Shown: positions 24,219 to 37,715 of the stretch, in pieces
Position numbering within the stretch: the first letter of the stretch is position 1
How the letters are laid out: each line of letters opens with the position of its first letter
Source of the DNA: Octopus sinensis
Lineage: Eukaryota
DNA: 64,000 nt
NCBI RefSeq assembly: GCF_006345805.1
Contig: NC_043001.1
Location: 23,870,001 to 23,934,000, forward strand
Direction of reading: 5' to 3'
Notes under the pieces: generated by a model
Databases searched by the model: none
Seen by the model: only the letters and a program-made list of their open reading frames with translations
What the model was told of the DNA's origin: nothing
Made by a program: the position numbers and the translations under genes

Positions 24219-24927
24219 TTATTATTTTATTTATGCACCCTTTTTGAAGCTTAGCCAGGCTCATGAGCCCGGTTTCGCGGTTTCAGTGGCGTATGTGTTC
24301 CCCCTCCCCCAGCTGGACGAGACGCCAGTCCATCGCAGCGTTACTCAAGAGATAGGAAAGAAGAGTGAAAGTTGGGGCGAAAAAGAACAACAGGGGTCGC
24401 CACCACCCCTTGCCGGAGCCTCGTGGAGCTTTAGGTGTTTTCGCTCGATAAACACACACAACGCCCGGTCTGGGAATCGAAACCGCGATCCTCCGACTGT
24501 GAGTCCGCTGCCCTAACCACTGGGCTATTGCGACTCCACTATTGGAAGCACTCCGTCGGTTACGACGACGAGGGTTCCAGTTGATCCGAATCAACGGAAC
24601 AGCCTGCTCGTGAAATTAACGTGTAAGTGGCTGAGCACTCCACAGACACGTGTACCCTTAACGTAGTTCTCGGGGATATTCAGCGTGACACAGAGAGTGA
24701 CAAGGCCGGCCCTTTGAAATACAGGTACAACAGAAACAGGAAGTAAGAGTGAGAGAAAGTTGTGGTGAAAGAGTACAGCAGGGATCACCACCATCCCCTG
24801 CCGGTGCCTCGTGGAGCTTTAGGTGTTTTCGCTCGATAAACACACACAACGCCCGGTCTGGGAATCGAAACCGCGATCCTCCGACCGTGAGTCCGCTGCC
24901 CTAACCACTGGGCTATTGCGCCTCCAC
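24219..24927 (-). mobile_element. Dimer of two SINE C units with different tails inside one TSD
   Basis: Units at ~24219-24538 and ~24540-24927; TATGGCATTAAT at 24207-24218 and 24928-24939. Confidence 0.85.
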
Positions 24928-25469
24928 TATGGCATTAATATTTACTGTTTAATACTGGCACCAAATATGTGCGTCATCAATCCATTCTTTATACTTTCTT
25001 TTTAAAAGCGACATTTAAAAGTGTAATTTTGCAGAATGTAAATATGCTTAGAGATTCTAGACAAGGAAGCAGATAGCAAACCACAACTCTTGATGCTACT
25101 TTGTTTCTATGATGTTTCGTTTGACTTGAAGTAGTTGTGTCAGAAGCAGCCAACTCCAGGCATTACGTTTGATTAAACTTCAAAAGAACTCCTTTTCTTT
25201 ACGTCATCCTTTATCCTTTCCAATGGGATCCGTTTTTTGCGTGTGTGTAGACGTGAGTGAAAGACGTTGCATGGTATGTGTGTGTGTGTGTGTGTATGTG
25301 TGTGTGTGTGTATGTGTGTGTATGTGTGTGTGTGTGTGTGTGTGTATGTGAGTGTGTGTGTACATGTGTGAGTATATGTTGTATTGACTGTGTGCTACAC
25401 ACAGATAATATTGTATAGGGTGTGACACAGATAATATTCGTTTCAAATTTTTGCAAAATACTTGAAATT

Positions 25470-26480
25470 TGGGGGGTAGGGGCTTGTCCATTACATCGAC
25501 TCTGCTACTCAATTGGTACTTACTTTATCGATCCCGAAAGTATGAAAGGAAAAGTTGACCATGGTGGAATTTGAAATCGGAATGTAGAGACGAACGAAAC
25601 GCCGCTAAGCATTTTACCCGGCGTGCTAACGACACTGCCAACTTGCCACCTTAAATAGTTCTCACTACTGTAGGAACAAGGCCTGAAAATTTGGGGAAGG
25701 GGTTAGTCGATTACATCGACCCCAGTGCGTAACTGGTACTTGTTTCATCAACCCCGAAAGGATGAAAGGCAAAGTCGACTTCGGTGGAATTTGAACTCAG
25801 AACGTAGCGGCAGAGGAAATACCTATTTCTTTACTACCCACAAGGGGCTAAACACAGCAGGGACAAACAAGGACAGACAAACGGATTAAGTCGATAATAT
25901 CGACCCCAGTGCGTAACTGGTACTTAATTTATCGACCCCGAAAGGACGAAAGGCAAAGTCGACCTCGGCGGAATTTGAACACGGAACGTAACGGCAGACG
26001 AAATACGGCTGAGCATTTTGCCCGGCGTGCTAACGTTTCTTGCCAGCTCACCGCATTCACTCCCTTAAATAATAACAATGGTTTCAAATTTTGGCAGAAG
26101 GCCAGCACTTTTGAGAGGATTTAAGTCGATTTCCGCTACCACAGTTTTCAAATGATACTTAGTTTTTCGACCCCGAAAAGATAAAAGACAAAGTCGACCC
26201 CGGAACGTGAAGACGGGCGAAATATCACTAAGCATTTTACCTGGCTTGCTAACAATTCTGCCAGCAAACTCTCTTGCTCTTTCCTAATATACTGGTTTCA
26301 AATTTTGGCACAAGGTCAGCAATTTTGGAATAGGGACTAAGTCGATTGCATCAACTGGACCCCGAAAGAATGAGAGATAAAGTCGACCTCGGTGGAATTT
26401 GAACTCAGAATGTGAAGACGGACGAAATGCCGCTAAGCATTTTGCCCGGCATGTTAACGATTCTCGTAAGTCGCCGCCTT
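25470..26480 (-). mobile_element. Cluster of about five SINE A copies, including a head-to-tail pair
   Basis: Repeated reverse-complement core; junction GAAATAC|CTATTTCTTT near 25820. Confidence 0.85.
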
Positions 26481-26973
26481 AAACACTTAGATAATATAGA
26501 GATAACGGCAGGGTACGCACTCCAACCGCTGTGCCGCTTACCCTGCTATCACAGACAAACTGTTCTGTGGCGATTTGGCCCCTACTATACCGTACTAGCT
26601 CACTATCTTTGTAGAGATCATCAGTCCATTAACTAGGCCCCTGTACATGACTGTTTTTCTATCGACCTCGAAAACTGTTGTGAACAGCCTTTGTGATTTC
26701 TAGTACCTCCAGACGTATTTGAACTACCCTTAAGTTTGTATATCTTACTTCATTGTCTTGAGCATCGACTCAGGTATTTATTCCGGGCTGGCAGCCAATA
26801 TAACCAATGAATAAATATTTAATGACTTACAATGAACAAAAAAAAGATAAATTTGAGAAATTAGAACGTAAAGAGCCAGAAAAATTCCTCGGTTATTATT
26901 TTTTTATCCATGTTCTATTTTGCGATTTTTTGCTCTAAACTTCAACAGTCACTCACTTTCATATTATACTTTA

Positions 26974-27372
26974 CTAGCAGTATCGCCCGGCGTTACTCGG
27001 GTTTGTAAGGGAAATAACTATAAAGCATTTTTAGAGAGTTATAGCCCAAATAAAGCAAAAAAAAATGCATTAAAAATGGAAAAAAAATGATGGTAAATTT
27101 TTTAAAAAATCGTTGACTCATCGTAGACATTTTTAGAGAGTTACTTCCCTTATATAATAGCGAAAAAATGCATTAAAATAGAAAAAAATTATGGTAAATT
27201 ATTTTTAAAATCGTAGACTCATCGTAGACGCGCGCTAATACCCAGAAGGGCTCGATATGAATCATGACTATAAGATACCCGGTTTTGGTTAAACTGCAAC
27301 GCAAAATGTGGGAGTAGTTAGGAATCTAAATCGTAGGAGACAGACACACAACCTTACTTTTATATATAAAGA
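26974..27372 (-). mobile_element. Complete non-autonomous Helitron (~400 bp)
   Basis: Minus strand A|TC...CTAG|T termini; subterminal hairpin CCCG-AGTAACGC-CGGG; internal ~110-bp direct duplication. Confidence 0.8.
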
Positions 27373-27924
27373 TTACTTCACTACATCACAGTATTTTGCG
27401 ATGCACGATATCACTGTAAAATTGCTTGAAATTTTGGCTCGAGCTTAGAAATTTTCAGGGGAAGGGGCCAAATCGATTACATCGATTAGTACTCTATTTT
27501 GTCAACTCGGAAAAGATAAAAAGCCGAGGGATTTTAATTCAGAACATAAAAAGCCGGAAGAAATGGCGCTTAGCTAACGATTCTGCCGGTTAGCCACCTT
27601 AAAATGCATTACATTACAACAAATTTCATACATCTCAATATACATCCCTATCTATACTACATAACTGCTTATATCTAAAGAAGTAAAGAACAATTTTGAC
27701 ATTATTTCTGTTAACGAACCGTGAATTACAATCAAGGTTATTAGTTATACCGATATATAACGTGCTTCTGCACATTTTCTGTTTACCATATTCCGCTTTC
27801 AAGAGGCTGTGATTGAAAACATTTTTACAAGGAGTTCGCATTTGGATCGAACTCGGGATAATGTGGTTGCGAAGTGAGTTTCTCAATCACAACGAGATTC
27901 CTAATGACAGTGACAACCACAACA

Positions 27925-28270
27925 GTGTGGAGGTGCAATGTGGTTAGGGCAGCGGACTCGCGGTCGTATTAACGCGGTTTCGATTCCCAGACCGGGCATT
28001 GTGGGTGTTTATTGAGCAAAAACACCTAAGCTCCACGAGGTTCCGGCGGAGGGTAGTAGTGAACTCTTTCTTCCCACTCTTTCTTCCTACTTCTGCCACA
28101 AAACAGAGGAACCATAGTGTAACCCACTATGGTGTGGTATTGTGAGTGTTTATTGAGCAAAAACACCTAAGCTCCACGAGGTTCCGGCGGAGGGTAGTGG
28201 TGAACTCTTTCTTCCCACTCTTTCTTCCTACTTCTGCCACAAAACAGAGGAACCATGGTGTAACCCACTA
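27925..28270 (+). mobile_element. SINE C variant with ~140-bp tandem duplication
   Basis: GTG(G/A)GTGTTTATTGAGCAAAAACACC...GTGTAACCCACTA occurs twice. Confidence 0.8.
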
Positions 28271-28781
28271 GGGTGCGGTAAACTTTCAGACCCTAGTCTA
28301 GATTGCGAATCCTCTGTACCCCAGGATGGTTCAGCTCTCCACCCGTTAAAAGCCGCCGTTTACGGAATGAGGATAACAACGTAGCTTTCGCGCCAATGCA
28401 ACAGCCAGTCTATTGCGTGTGGTCGGTGGATCTTCAAGTTGCCACACGCATTCTTAGTAGCTTAGAGTAGGCTCGAATTAGAGATTATTCTTTGTGGCTA
28501 ATGGCATGAGTCCTGATTGGAAGAAGAAGAAGAAGACCACAACAGTTTCGATAGTGGAACTAATTTAGATACTTTTTATGCTCTAGTTTGTTAGTATGAT
28601 TTTTACAGTACAGCTGTCAAGTTGGCATTATAATACTTTGGAAGTGTGGTAGAGTTGGCATTTCTACAGATAAGGTTGGTTATATATTTTTTATTAACCA
28701 GTCTATTGTTGTGTCGTTCTAATAGACAGCTGCTGTTGTTGTTTAGCCCCATGTCAAGAATGGTCGAGAAAGCATATGATA

Positions 28782-29145
28782 TAGGCGCAGGAGTGGCTGT
28801 GTGGTAAGTAGCTTGCTTACCAACCACATGGTTCCGGGTCCAGTCCCACTGCGTGGCACCTTGGGCAAGTGTCTTCTACTATAGCTTCGAGCCGAACAAA
28901 GCCTTGTGAGTGGATTTGGTAGACGGAAACTGAAAGAAGTCCGTCGTATATATGTATATATATATATATATATAATGCAAAATGGGACAAGAACGCAAAA
29001 CATCCGGACAGTTAGGTGATACAAAAATGAGACAACAAGACATCCAGATAGACGATACAAAGAAACCAAGGAGGGGTCATTCGAAGTTTTCTTTCCTCAG
29101 TCGAGTACCAGATTATTTTCGCAATTTCGGCTGATTACACTTGAT

Positions 29146-29243
<98 letters not shown>

Positions 29244-29460
29244 ATGTGTGCGTGTATATGTCTGTGTTTGACTCTCAACATCGCTTGACAACCGATGCTG
29301 GTGTGTTTACGTCCCCGTAACTTAGCGGTTCGGCAAAAAAGACCCATAGAATAAGAACTAGGCTTACAAAGAATATGTCCTGGGGTCGATTTCTTCGACT
29401 AAAGGCGGTGCTCCATCATGGTCGCAGTCATATGACTGAAACAAGTAAAAGAGTAAAAAA
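28782..29460 (+). mobile_element. SINE group B interrupted in its (TA)n by another repeat
   Basis: 5' half 28782-28970, insert 28975-29140, 3' half to 29460. Confidence 0.85.
28975..29140 (-). mobile_element. Probable Penelope-type terminal fragment
   Basis: Homologous to 55622-55735; both sit in TA tracts; minus strand has TCAGCCGAAATT and CTGAGGA motifs. Confidence 0.45.
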
Positions 29461-31403
29461 GTATAGGCATTGTAGCTGCGACCACATCAAGGACTTCTTT
29501 GTTCATTGTGTCTTTTCATATTAAACTCAACTGAATCTATTGTGATTTTGTTGCAAGTGGTCTGTTATCATCCGACACCCATGTTGCACTTTGTTGCAAG
29601 TTACTGATTAAGATGCACCAAATATTCTAAGAGATCGAGAGGGCTGTAGAGATTTAGTATGCATTTGTTGAATGCGAGAGCGAAATAGATAGAATGTAAT
29701 ATTAATTTCTTAAATAAAATACATGTCTTCGAATTTATAGGATAAGACGAACGCTGAGCTAAATAATATTTTTGATACCAGCCCATCTGAGATCATCCTT
29801 GGTTCTATGATACTGATTCCATGTTTGAAATGATCTCAAAAAAATCTTCCATAAACATTTCTTATAAATTTATATTCCGAACGACAGCTAGAAAATAACA
29901 AAATTATTTTATTAAATTCTGTATTATTTTCAAATCTAATTGAAGCAAAAGCCGTGTATTTCAGCAGAAATATGGTAATTGATAGACTTTGAAGCAAATT
30001 ATGTGAAATGGTTAAAACACTGAATTGAAATTATTAAATGGCTTGACATGCGGGAAGCCCAAATTTCTCGAACTTAGCACGTAATATTAGTTTCTCATCC
30101 ACTCAGTTAAAAGTTTCAACATTTTAGTGGAAAGCTAATACGCGGAAATGGAATATTATTGCGTCTATGGCTTAGACAGGAAATGGATCATTACGACGTT
30201 GAATGGGATATTATAATGTTCATACTTTCACGTGGGATTTTATGATGACCGTGCTTTGCCTTAGCGATAAATATATTTAATCGGAATTTGAAATATGGAT
30301 AATATCCTATTATCCAATGTGTCCTTCACTTTAATCGTTGGATTGTCGGTTAAGATCTTAAAATTTTCTCTGCGGTTGATTATTTTCAGAAATATTCATT
30401 ATATGAAAAACATTACTACCATTATTTTGCTAGAGCTCATTTTCAATTATATTTTCATGCAGAATACGTCCCTGGGTATTCTCTTTCGCTGTCATCAATT
30501 TTCTTTTCTTTGGAAACGATAAAAAAAAAAAAAAACTATTTTCGGTTGTAGAGAAAAACTTAGGAATAAAGAAAGTTCAGATCAGAGAATAAATTCTTTG
30601 ACGGAGGAGAAATAGCCTCGTTCTCATTATTACTGTCACCATCGTTACCGGATGATGCAACCACTATATCAGAAACAATAGCAGTAACAATATGAGCAGT
30701 AACTATTATAGTGACGAAGGACCTCATACGTCGGATCACTCAAATCACGCCCTATGGTCATAAATAAAATATATATTAGCTAATGCAGTTCCACATACTT
30801 CCTCTTCGCACGAAATGAGATGATCACGGCTGGAATGACTTTCAATTATATCTGCTCCATCAGGCCGGACCTGGAGCTAAACAAGAAGAAGAAGAGCAGC
30901 AGCAGCGACAACAACAACAATAATATTAGCGCAAGGAACATAAGTAGTAAGACTAAACTGTTGCGAAAAGAACAAATCAAATAGCTGATATGGAAATAAT
31001 AGAATAACGATGTAAGTTGTAGCCTCAGGTCATAAAACTAATCTATACCTGGAGCATGAAAATACCACAATAACGCTTAGTAATATACTATTCTCCTACA
31101 CTACAACAATATACTCTAGTATACAATTCCCAACACATTTCTATACTTCGACATTATAATGTATTATACCAAGAAGCACTGTAATAGCTCAAGTCTGCCC
31201 AACCTCAATAAGAATTACTTGTTCTTGCAAGTAGGTTTTATAAAAATAAAAATGAAAACTACTTGCGTGAACAGGAGCTTTAGCAATAGCTACAAAAAAA
31301 AAACTGGGAAGCATCTACAAGGCACTCGATTTCCTAGAAATAACAACTAAATCCCCCTTATCTCACCTGTTATAAACAAAAAAAAATAAACGTAGTTATT
31401 TAT

Positions 31404-31620
31404 TCTTTTACTCTTTTACTTGTTTCAGTCAGATGACTGTGGCCATGCTGGAGCACCGCCTTTAGTCGAGCCAATCGACCCCAGGATTTATTCTTTGTAA
31501 GCCTAGTACTTATTCTATCGGTGTCTTTTGCCGGACCGCTTAGTTACGGTGACGTAAACACACAAGCATCGGTTGTCAAGCAATGCTAGGGGGACAAACA
31601 CACATATACATATATATATA

Positions 31621-31661
<41 letters not shown>

Positions 31662-31827
31662 TACGACGGGCTTCTTCCAGTTTCCGTCTACCAAATCCAC
31701 TCACAAGGCTTTGGTCGACCCGAGGCTATAGTAGAAGACACTTGCCCAAGGTGCCATGAAGTGGGACTGAACTCGGAACCATGTGGTTCGTAAGCAAACT
31801 ACTTACTACACAACCACTCCTGCACCT
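31404..31827 (-). mobile_element. SINE group B, full length
   Basis: Reverse complement of the group B pattern. Confidence 0.9.
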
Positions 31828-32573
31828 CATTTGTATATGACGCCGACGCTTTTGGTCAAAATATGGTTTGTCAATAGCTTCAGTAACAACCACATAATCG
31901 AAACACTGAATCTGGCAATAATCTGGCCTCCAAAGGACGAAATTCTTACGAAGATTATATGGAAATATTGAATAATGTCGATGTATTGAGACATAAATAC
32001 CTATTTGATATTTGAACAATTGTAATTCTAGAATCATTGCAGTCATTATGCACTACAACTATACAGTGCACAGCGCAACAATATACAAATTTCGCTCTCT
32101 GAATATAAAGCCTCAATTTTCAACTGCAGCAGCCGCATTGACAAAATCAAATATATTGAGAGAAACAATAACTGAAAGAGAAAAAAAGAAAAAAAAGAAA
32201 ACAAAACAGTATCATAGTCGATAATAAGCAACCAAAAAATCCGTATTGTTAGCATTTCAGATTTATTGATTCGCTGTAAAATAAGCATGTAACTACACAC
32301 GTTTAGACAAATAAGACATTTATATTATGAGAGAATGTTTTGTTACAAAGTGAGAGAATGTTTTAGTGTATTGTCATTGGCTGCTATTGCAACTGCAATG
32401 CCACAGTTTCAAAGGGTGTTTTCTATTTTCACTATTTCATTACCCGTAGAAACGAGGCTATGTGAGAATATTCTTTAAATTAAGGGCTTACTTTGACCAG
32501 GAATAAGCCAGTTTCGTTGGGGAAAAGGGTATCTTAGATTCATTTTATTCAATGTTATTACTCCTCTCTCTTT

Positions 32574-33160
32574 AAGGCGGCGAGCTGGCAGTATGGTTAG
32601 CACGCTGGACGAAATGCTTAGCGGTATTTCGTTTGCCGTTATGTTCTGAGTTCAAATTCCGCCGAGGTCGACTTTGCCTTTCATCCTTTCGGGGTCGATT
32701 AAATAAGTAGCAGTTACGCACTGGGGTCGATATAATCGACTTAATCCGTTTGTCTGTCCTTGTTTGTCCTCTCTGTGTTTATCCCCTTGTGGGTAGTAAA
32801 GAAATAGGTATTTCGCCCGTCACTACGTTCCGAGTTCAAATTCCGCCGAGGTCGACTTTGCCTTTTATCCTTTCGGGGTCGATAAATGAAGTACCAGTTA
32901 CGCACTGGGGTCGATGTAATCGACTTAATCTGTTTGTCTGTCCTTGTTTGTCCTCTCTGTGTTTAGTACCTTGTGGGTAGTAAAGAAATAGGTATTTCGC
33001 CCGTCACTACGTTCCGAGTTCAAATTCCGTCGAGGTCGACTTTGCCTTTTATCCTTTCGGGGTCGATAAATTAAGTACTACTGAAACACTTGAGTCGATG
33101 TAATCGACTAGACTCCTGCCACAAATTTCAGGCCTTGTGCCTATAGTAGAAAGGATTATT
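32574..33160 (+). mobile_element. SINE A head-to-tail array (three units, last with short tail)
   Basis: Two AAAGAAATAG|GTATTTCG junctions. Confidence 0.9.
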
Positions 33161-33709
33161 TCTGCTTTCTCTAGACGAAAAGAATTAATATGAACATTTG
33201 TCATCTAATCTGGCCCTTTAATGCCTTTTGGTCATCGCTATCAATCTCATACTTTCCTAAAGATTCCGTCCTGTTTGCCAGACTTTCCTTTATGTTTACT
33301 GATAAAATGTTTCCAAATATATTGCAACATTGACACTTTTACCGAAAGGCATGGTATATTCCGAAACGTGTTAAAGTTTGATTTAGTCATCAACTCCACC
33401 TCCAACAGAAAAATGGTAACCTTTGTGTCTGAAAGAGTAACGTAGTCCAGTCATTCAAACTCAGCGGTTACAATGTGTCCAGTACCAACAACATTATATA
33501 ATGCTTTTAGACACTAGGTTGTGATCTGAGGGAGATTTAGCTGTTATTTTAAAAAGGTCAAGTGACTACATAGAGGATATTTTGTTAGGTGTATATGTTC
33601 ATGTAGTGTATGCTACGAACCAAAAGGAATATAAAGAAATAAGGGTCTAAGAACACGTTTGATATTTTTCAGTTTAAGCAAGAATAATTCAATAATCAAT
33701 AGTATTCTG

Positions 33710-34120
33710 GGATCTTTTCAGTTTAAACGGCAGTTTTTAACATAATTTCTAGGTAACTAAAAAATTTTAAACTTCGTATACTGGTAGAATGTGTTTATAA
33801 AACATATTTTTATCTTGGCTTTATTGAGAAAATTCTATAGTTTGTAAGTTATTTGTTGTTTTTTTCTTCAATTTCTGTAATTTCAACCAATCAAATACAT
33901 CTATTGAGCTGAAAACATTCTGTGCCGTATGAATGTGTCCCTCGTTTAAGAAACAGATTGGGTTTATTTACAATTTGTGAAGTAAAAAAGATACCCTTTC
34001 CCCCACCCCTAACCCTAACTAACCCTAACTAACCCTAATCCTAAAACAGATTGAAATGCAATAGATCGATACTAGGGTCATAATTATGGGTGACAATTTC
34101 ATATGACATCGAAAAGATCC
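33710..34120. mobile_element. Second Merlin-like MITE copy
   Basis: Colinear with 8307-8638 plus ~90 bp extra; right TIR partly deleted; flanks GTATTCTG / GTTTTCTG. Confidence 0.8.
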
Positions 34121-34519
34121 GTTTTCTGCTCCAATTAAGTTATGGTTTTATTTAACTGGATGACTTCTATGTTTTTTTTTAAAGTTGATAATGAAATAAT
34201 TTTTACAGATAATCATTTAAGTTTCTACTTGTATGACATCAACAATAGCGGTCTGCTATATTATTTTCAATAATGTTTGATTAGATTGGAAAGCACTCCT
34301 AATCTATACAAATTCCTCAGCAGTTTTACTATATATGTATATCTTCTGTTAGCACCTATGTAAAATTAATTGGTAATTTTTAACACGATTAAGAAAATGT
34401 AATTGTTGTGTTGGCGAAGTTTTGGTCATTCGGTTGAAAGAGCTGTGAATATGATAGCATCCTACCATATCCTGGGCGTGAGTTTAAACTTTTGTTTTGC
34501 GTAGCAGCCTAGTCAGAAT

Positions 34520-34820
34520 CACTAGAAATATCTTGTAAAAAGCACTTAAAAACAGACTGGAAATGACTGACTAGAGGAACACGTATCTCACGGGAAGTCA
34601 ATGAAGTCTACTGTACAGGTTTCCATGAGCAAAAACAACTGATGCTATGCATAGGATCAGTGACTGCCTCAAGAGGAAATTACATTTATCAACTTACCAG
34701 TTTCATCCCATGTTCCTCCTTAGTATATGCAGTAAGGTGATCATCTATAAAACTTACTTCATTATCGAGTTAAAAAAAAACAAGCGAACCGCAGCTAATA
34801 TGTTGTATCCGGTTAAATTT
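34520..34820 (+). pseudogene. Possible highly decayed mariner transposase fragments
   Basis: Weak motifs only (HLK.TG, LKR, YFIIELKKNKRTAAN). Confidence 0.25.
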
Positions 34821-35666
34821 CGTCATAGCTTAAGTGGAACGGAATACTGCCGTTTCATGAACTAGTCTTGTTTAAATTAAGAGATATTTAAATGTCTTCT
34901 CTTATTTCGTTATATGATTTATGAGTTGTGTTATGTATATTTTTAGCCACTTAATTCGTTATCTTGATAACTGAATAAACTTTTTGGCACGTTTCAAGGT
35001 ACATGGTGTCTTTCTGTAAAAGTGTGGATACTCTAAGATGTTTGAAAGCATGAATGACAATGTTTTGTAGTTCAGAAAACTGATCTCCCTCTATTCTCAG
35101 ATGGTTTTTACGCATGCACAAAGGATTTGAAGTGCAATTAAGAAACCCATTTTAACCACAACCACTAACGTTTCATGTACAGAAATGGTCCAGAGAAGTG
35201 AAAGAAATTATGAAAATATGAGCAAAAAATAAAATGAAAATTTGCACAACTAATTGTATGAGATTTCATCAATGACATCACAGTTAAGGAAGCAACGAAG
35301 CAGACAATCTCGTATCTCAGATAGAGGAGTTACTCAAGTAATGCTGATACTATCCAGAAACCAAGAAGAATTCTAGTTTGTCGATATTATAGGGTCAGAT
35401 AAAAGAATTTCTCTTTGAAAGTAGAGGTGCACGGATCTGAACCATGAACAAAAGTTTTGTTTGGTGCTTACCAGTAAACACTACCACTAAACTCTACCAA
35501 CAAAGATATAGAGTTTGAAAGCATTTATGGGGGAGGAAATAATTACCATTGACAATTTGAGTCTGGTGGGTTGTTGTTTTGCTTTAAATCAGTCTTGATC
35601 CAGGAGCTATGATCAAAGTAATTCCACCCGAAATCTTTTTATTGATGGCCGTCAAGATCTTCCACC

Positions 35667-35724
35667 TGTAACCTTTGTGTCTGAAAGAATAACATGGTCT
35701 AGTCTTTCAGACACAAAGGTTACA
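35667..35724. repeat. Perfect 22-bp inverted repeat with 14-nt loop, within a ~200-bp repeat also present at 33415-33610
   Basis: TGTAACCTTTGTGTCTGAAAGA / TCTTTCAGACACAAAGGTTACA. Confidence 0.9.
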
Positions 35725-36950
35725 ATGTGTCCAGTACCAACCACATTATACAATGTTTTTAGACACTAGGTTGTGATCTGAGGGAGATTTAGCTGATATT
35801 TTAAACAGGCCGAACGACTACATAGAGGATCTTTTGTTAGGTGTGTATGTTCATGTAGTGTTTTCAACATAACCTTTGACAGCATGTTTTGTTTTGATGG
35901 TACGGTCTGTTTCTTTTGTTTCTTTTTGGCAATTTAGTTTTTTGACAGTATGGACTTGTAACAGCATAGCCTTTTGATAACATGTTCTTGTCTTTTGACA
36001 TCATCGTGATCTTTTGACGGTATAGTCTGGTCTTTTGTTAGTGTAATCTTTTGACAGTGTGATCTGTTAAAAGCTTTTACGATCAAGTCAAATGTATGAA
36101 CTTGCATTAAAGAGAGCGAAGCAATTGAGAGAAGTACACGAGAAAATTCCTACAAAATGGTTTATCTACGACAACGGAAGCTGAACTGTATAGTTTTACT
36201 GCAAAACTCCAATTGCCATTAACGTGTTTGACGTCATTCATTATGAACACTACAAGAAAACCATCTATATATGAACTAAGTGTTTTAAACCTGCTGTTTC
36301 ATAACACAGACTACAACATACATTATTTTGAAAGTACTAAGAAATAAAATAGTAACTGCCTTTAGAAAAGATATATTGCAATAGCATCGGTGAATGTGAC
36401 CGTGGTAGGAGATGATTAAACAGTAACAATGTCGGTGGCAGTAGCCGTAGATTTAGCAGCAGTGGAGGCAATGGCAGCAGCAGCAGCAGCAGTGGTAGCA
36501 GCAGCAGCAGCAGCTAATGAATAGAATGTCAGAGAAGCAGAAACATTCACACAAAGAATTTTACACAAAGCCCGGGGTTGATGTGGCTGTTGAAATTTTG
36601 TAGAATAAAGCAAATATTTCAATTATATGACCAAAGAGCGTAGAAGGGAATATTTCTACGATTTAATGTTTTAATCACTAATCAATTAATGTATTGTTTA
36701 GGTAAACTCATGAATATTAAAAGTAACCAGAGGTGATGTACTGAATACCCTATGAGTAAGTGGTCTTTGTAGTAAAGTGACATTTATGGGTATGTTTCGG
36801 TGTATTAGGCGTCATCTCTATAGTAAAGTATACGCAAACTTGTCACATCAATTGACAATAATTTAACCCAAACGCGTAAACTCAGAGAATTATACTTAAT
36901 TTCTTAAGATCATCTCCCCATTTCTTTGAGAGCTTTTAACAACCACCTCT

Positions 36951-37368
36951 CTCTCTTTTACTCTTTTACTTGTTTCAGTCATTTGACTGCGGCCATGCTG
37001 GAGCACTGCCTTTAGTCGAGCCAATCGACCCCGGGACTTATTCTTTTTTTTTTGTAAGCCCAGTACTTATTCTATCGGTCTCTTTTTGCCGAACCGCTAA
37101 GTGACGGGGACGTAAACACACCAGCATCGGTTGTCAAGCAATGCTAGGGGGACAAACTCAGACACACAAACAAACACACATACATATATATATATACATA
37201 TATATGACAGGCTTCTTTCAGTTTCCGTCTACCAAATCCACTCACAAGGCTTTGGTCGGCCCGAGGCTATAGCAGAAGACACTTGCCCAAGGTACCACGC
37301 AGTGGGACTGAACCCGGAACCATGTGGTTGGTTAGCAAGCTACTTACCACACAGCCACTCCTGCGCCT
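36951..37368 (-). mobile_element. SINE group B, full length
   Basis: Reverse complement of the group B pattern. Confidence 0.9.
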
Positions 37369-37458
37369 CTAGATTTTTGTTTTTCATTCTCTTACTAAGA
37401 GGGAAATTTTAAATAATTTAAAATCTTCTGTATTTAGCATTCAATACACTACCCCTTT

Positions 37459-37715
37459 GTGGAGGCGCGTGGCTTAGTGGTTAGGGTGTCAACATTATGA
37501 TCGTAAGATTGTGGTTTCGATTCCTGGACCGGGCGACGCGTTGTGTTCTTGAGCAAAACACTTCATTTCACGTTGCTCCAGTCCACTCAGCTGGCAAAAG
37601 TGAGTAACGTTGCGATGGACTGGCGTTCCGTCCAGCTTGGGGAAAAATACGCCGTTGAAACCGGGATACCGGGACCATGAACCTGGCTAGGCTTTAAAAG
37701 GGCGCATTTATTTTT
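37459..37715 (+). mobile_element. SINE group D with a tail shared with a group C copy
   Basis: GTGGAGGCGCGTGGCTTAGTGGTTAGGG head; tail CCATGAACCTGGCTAGGCTTTAAAAGGGCGCATTTATT. Confidence 0.8.

Noticed and set aside
35200-35480. Very decayed mariner-like sequence
   Set aside because: Motifs too weak to call.
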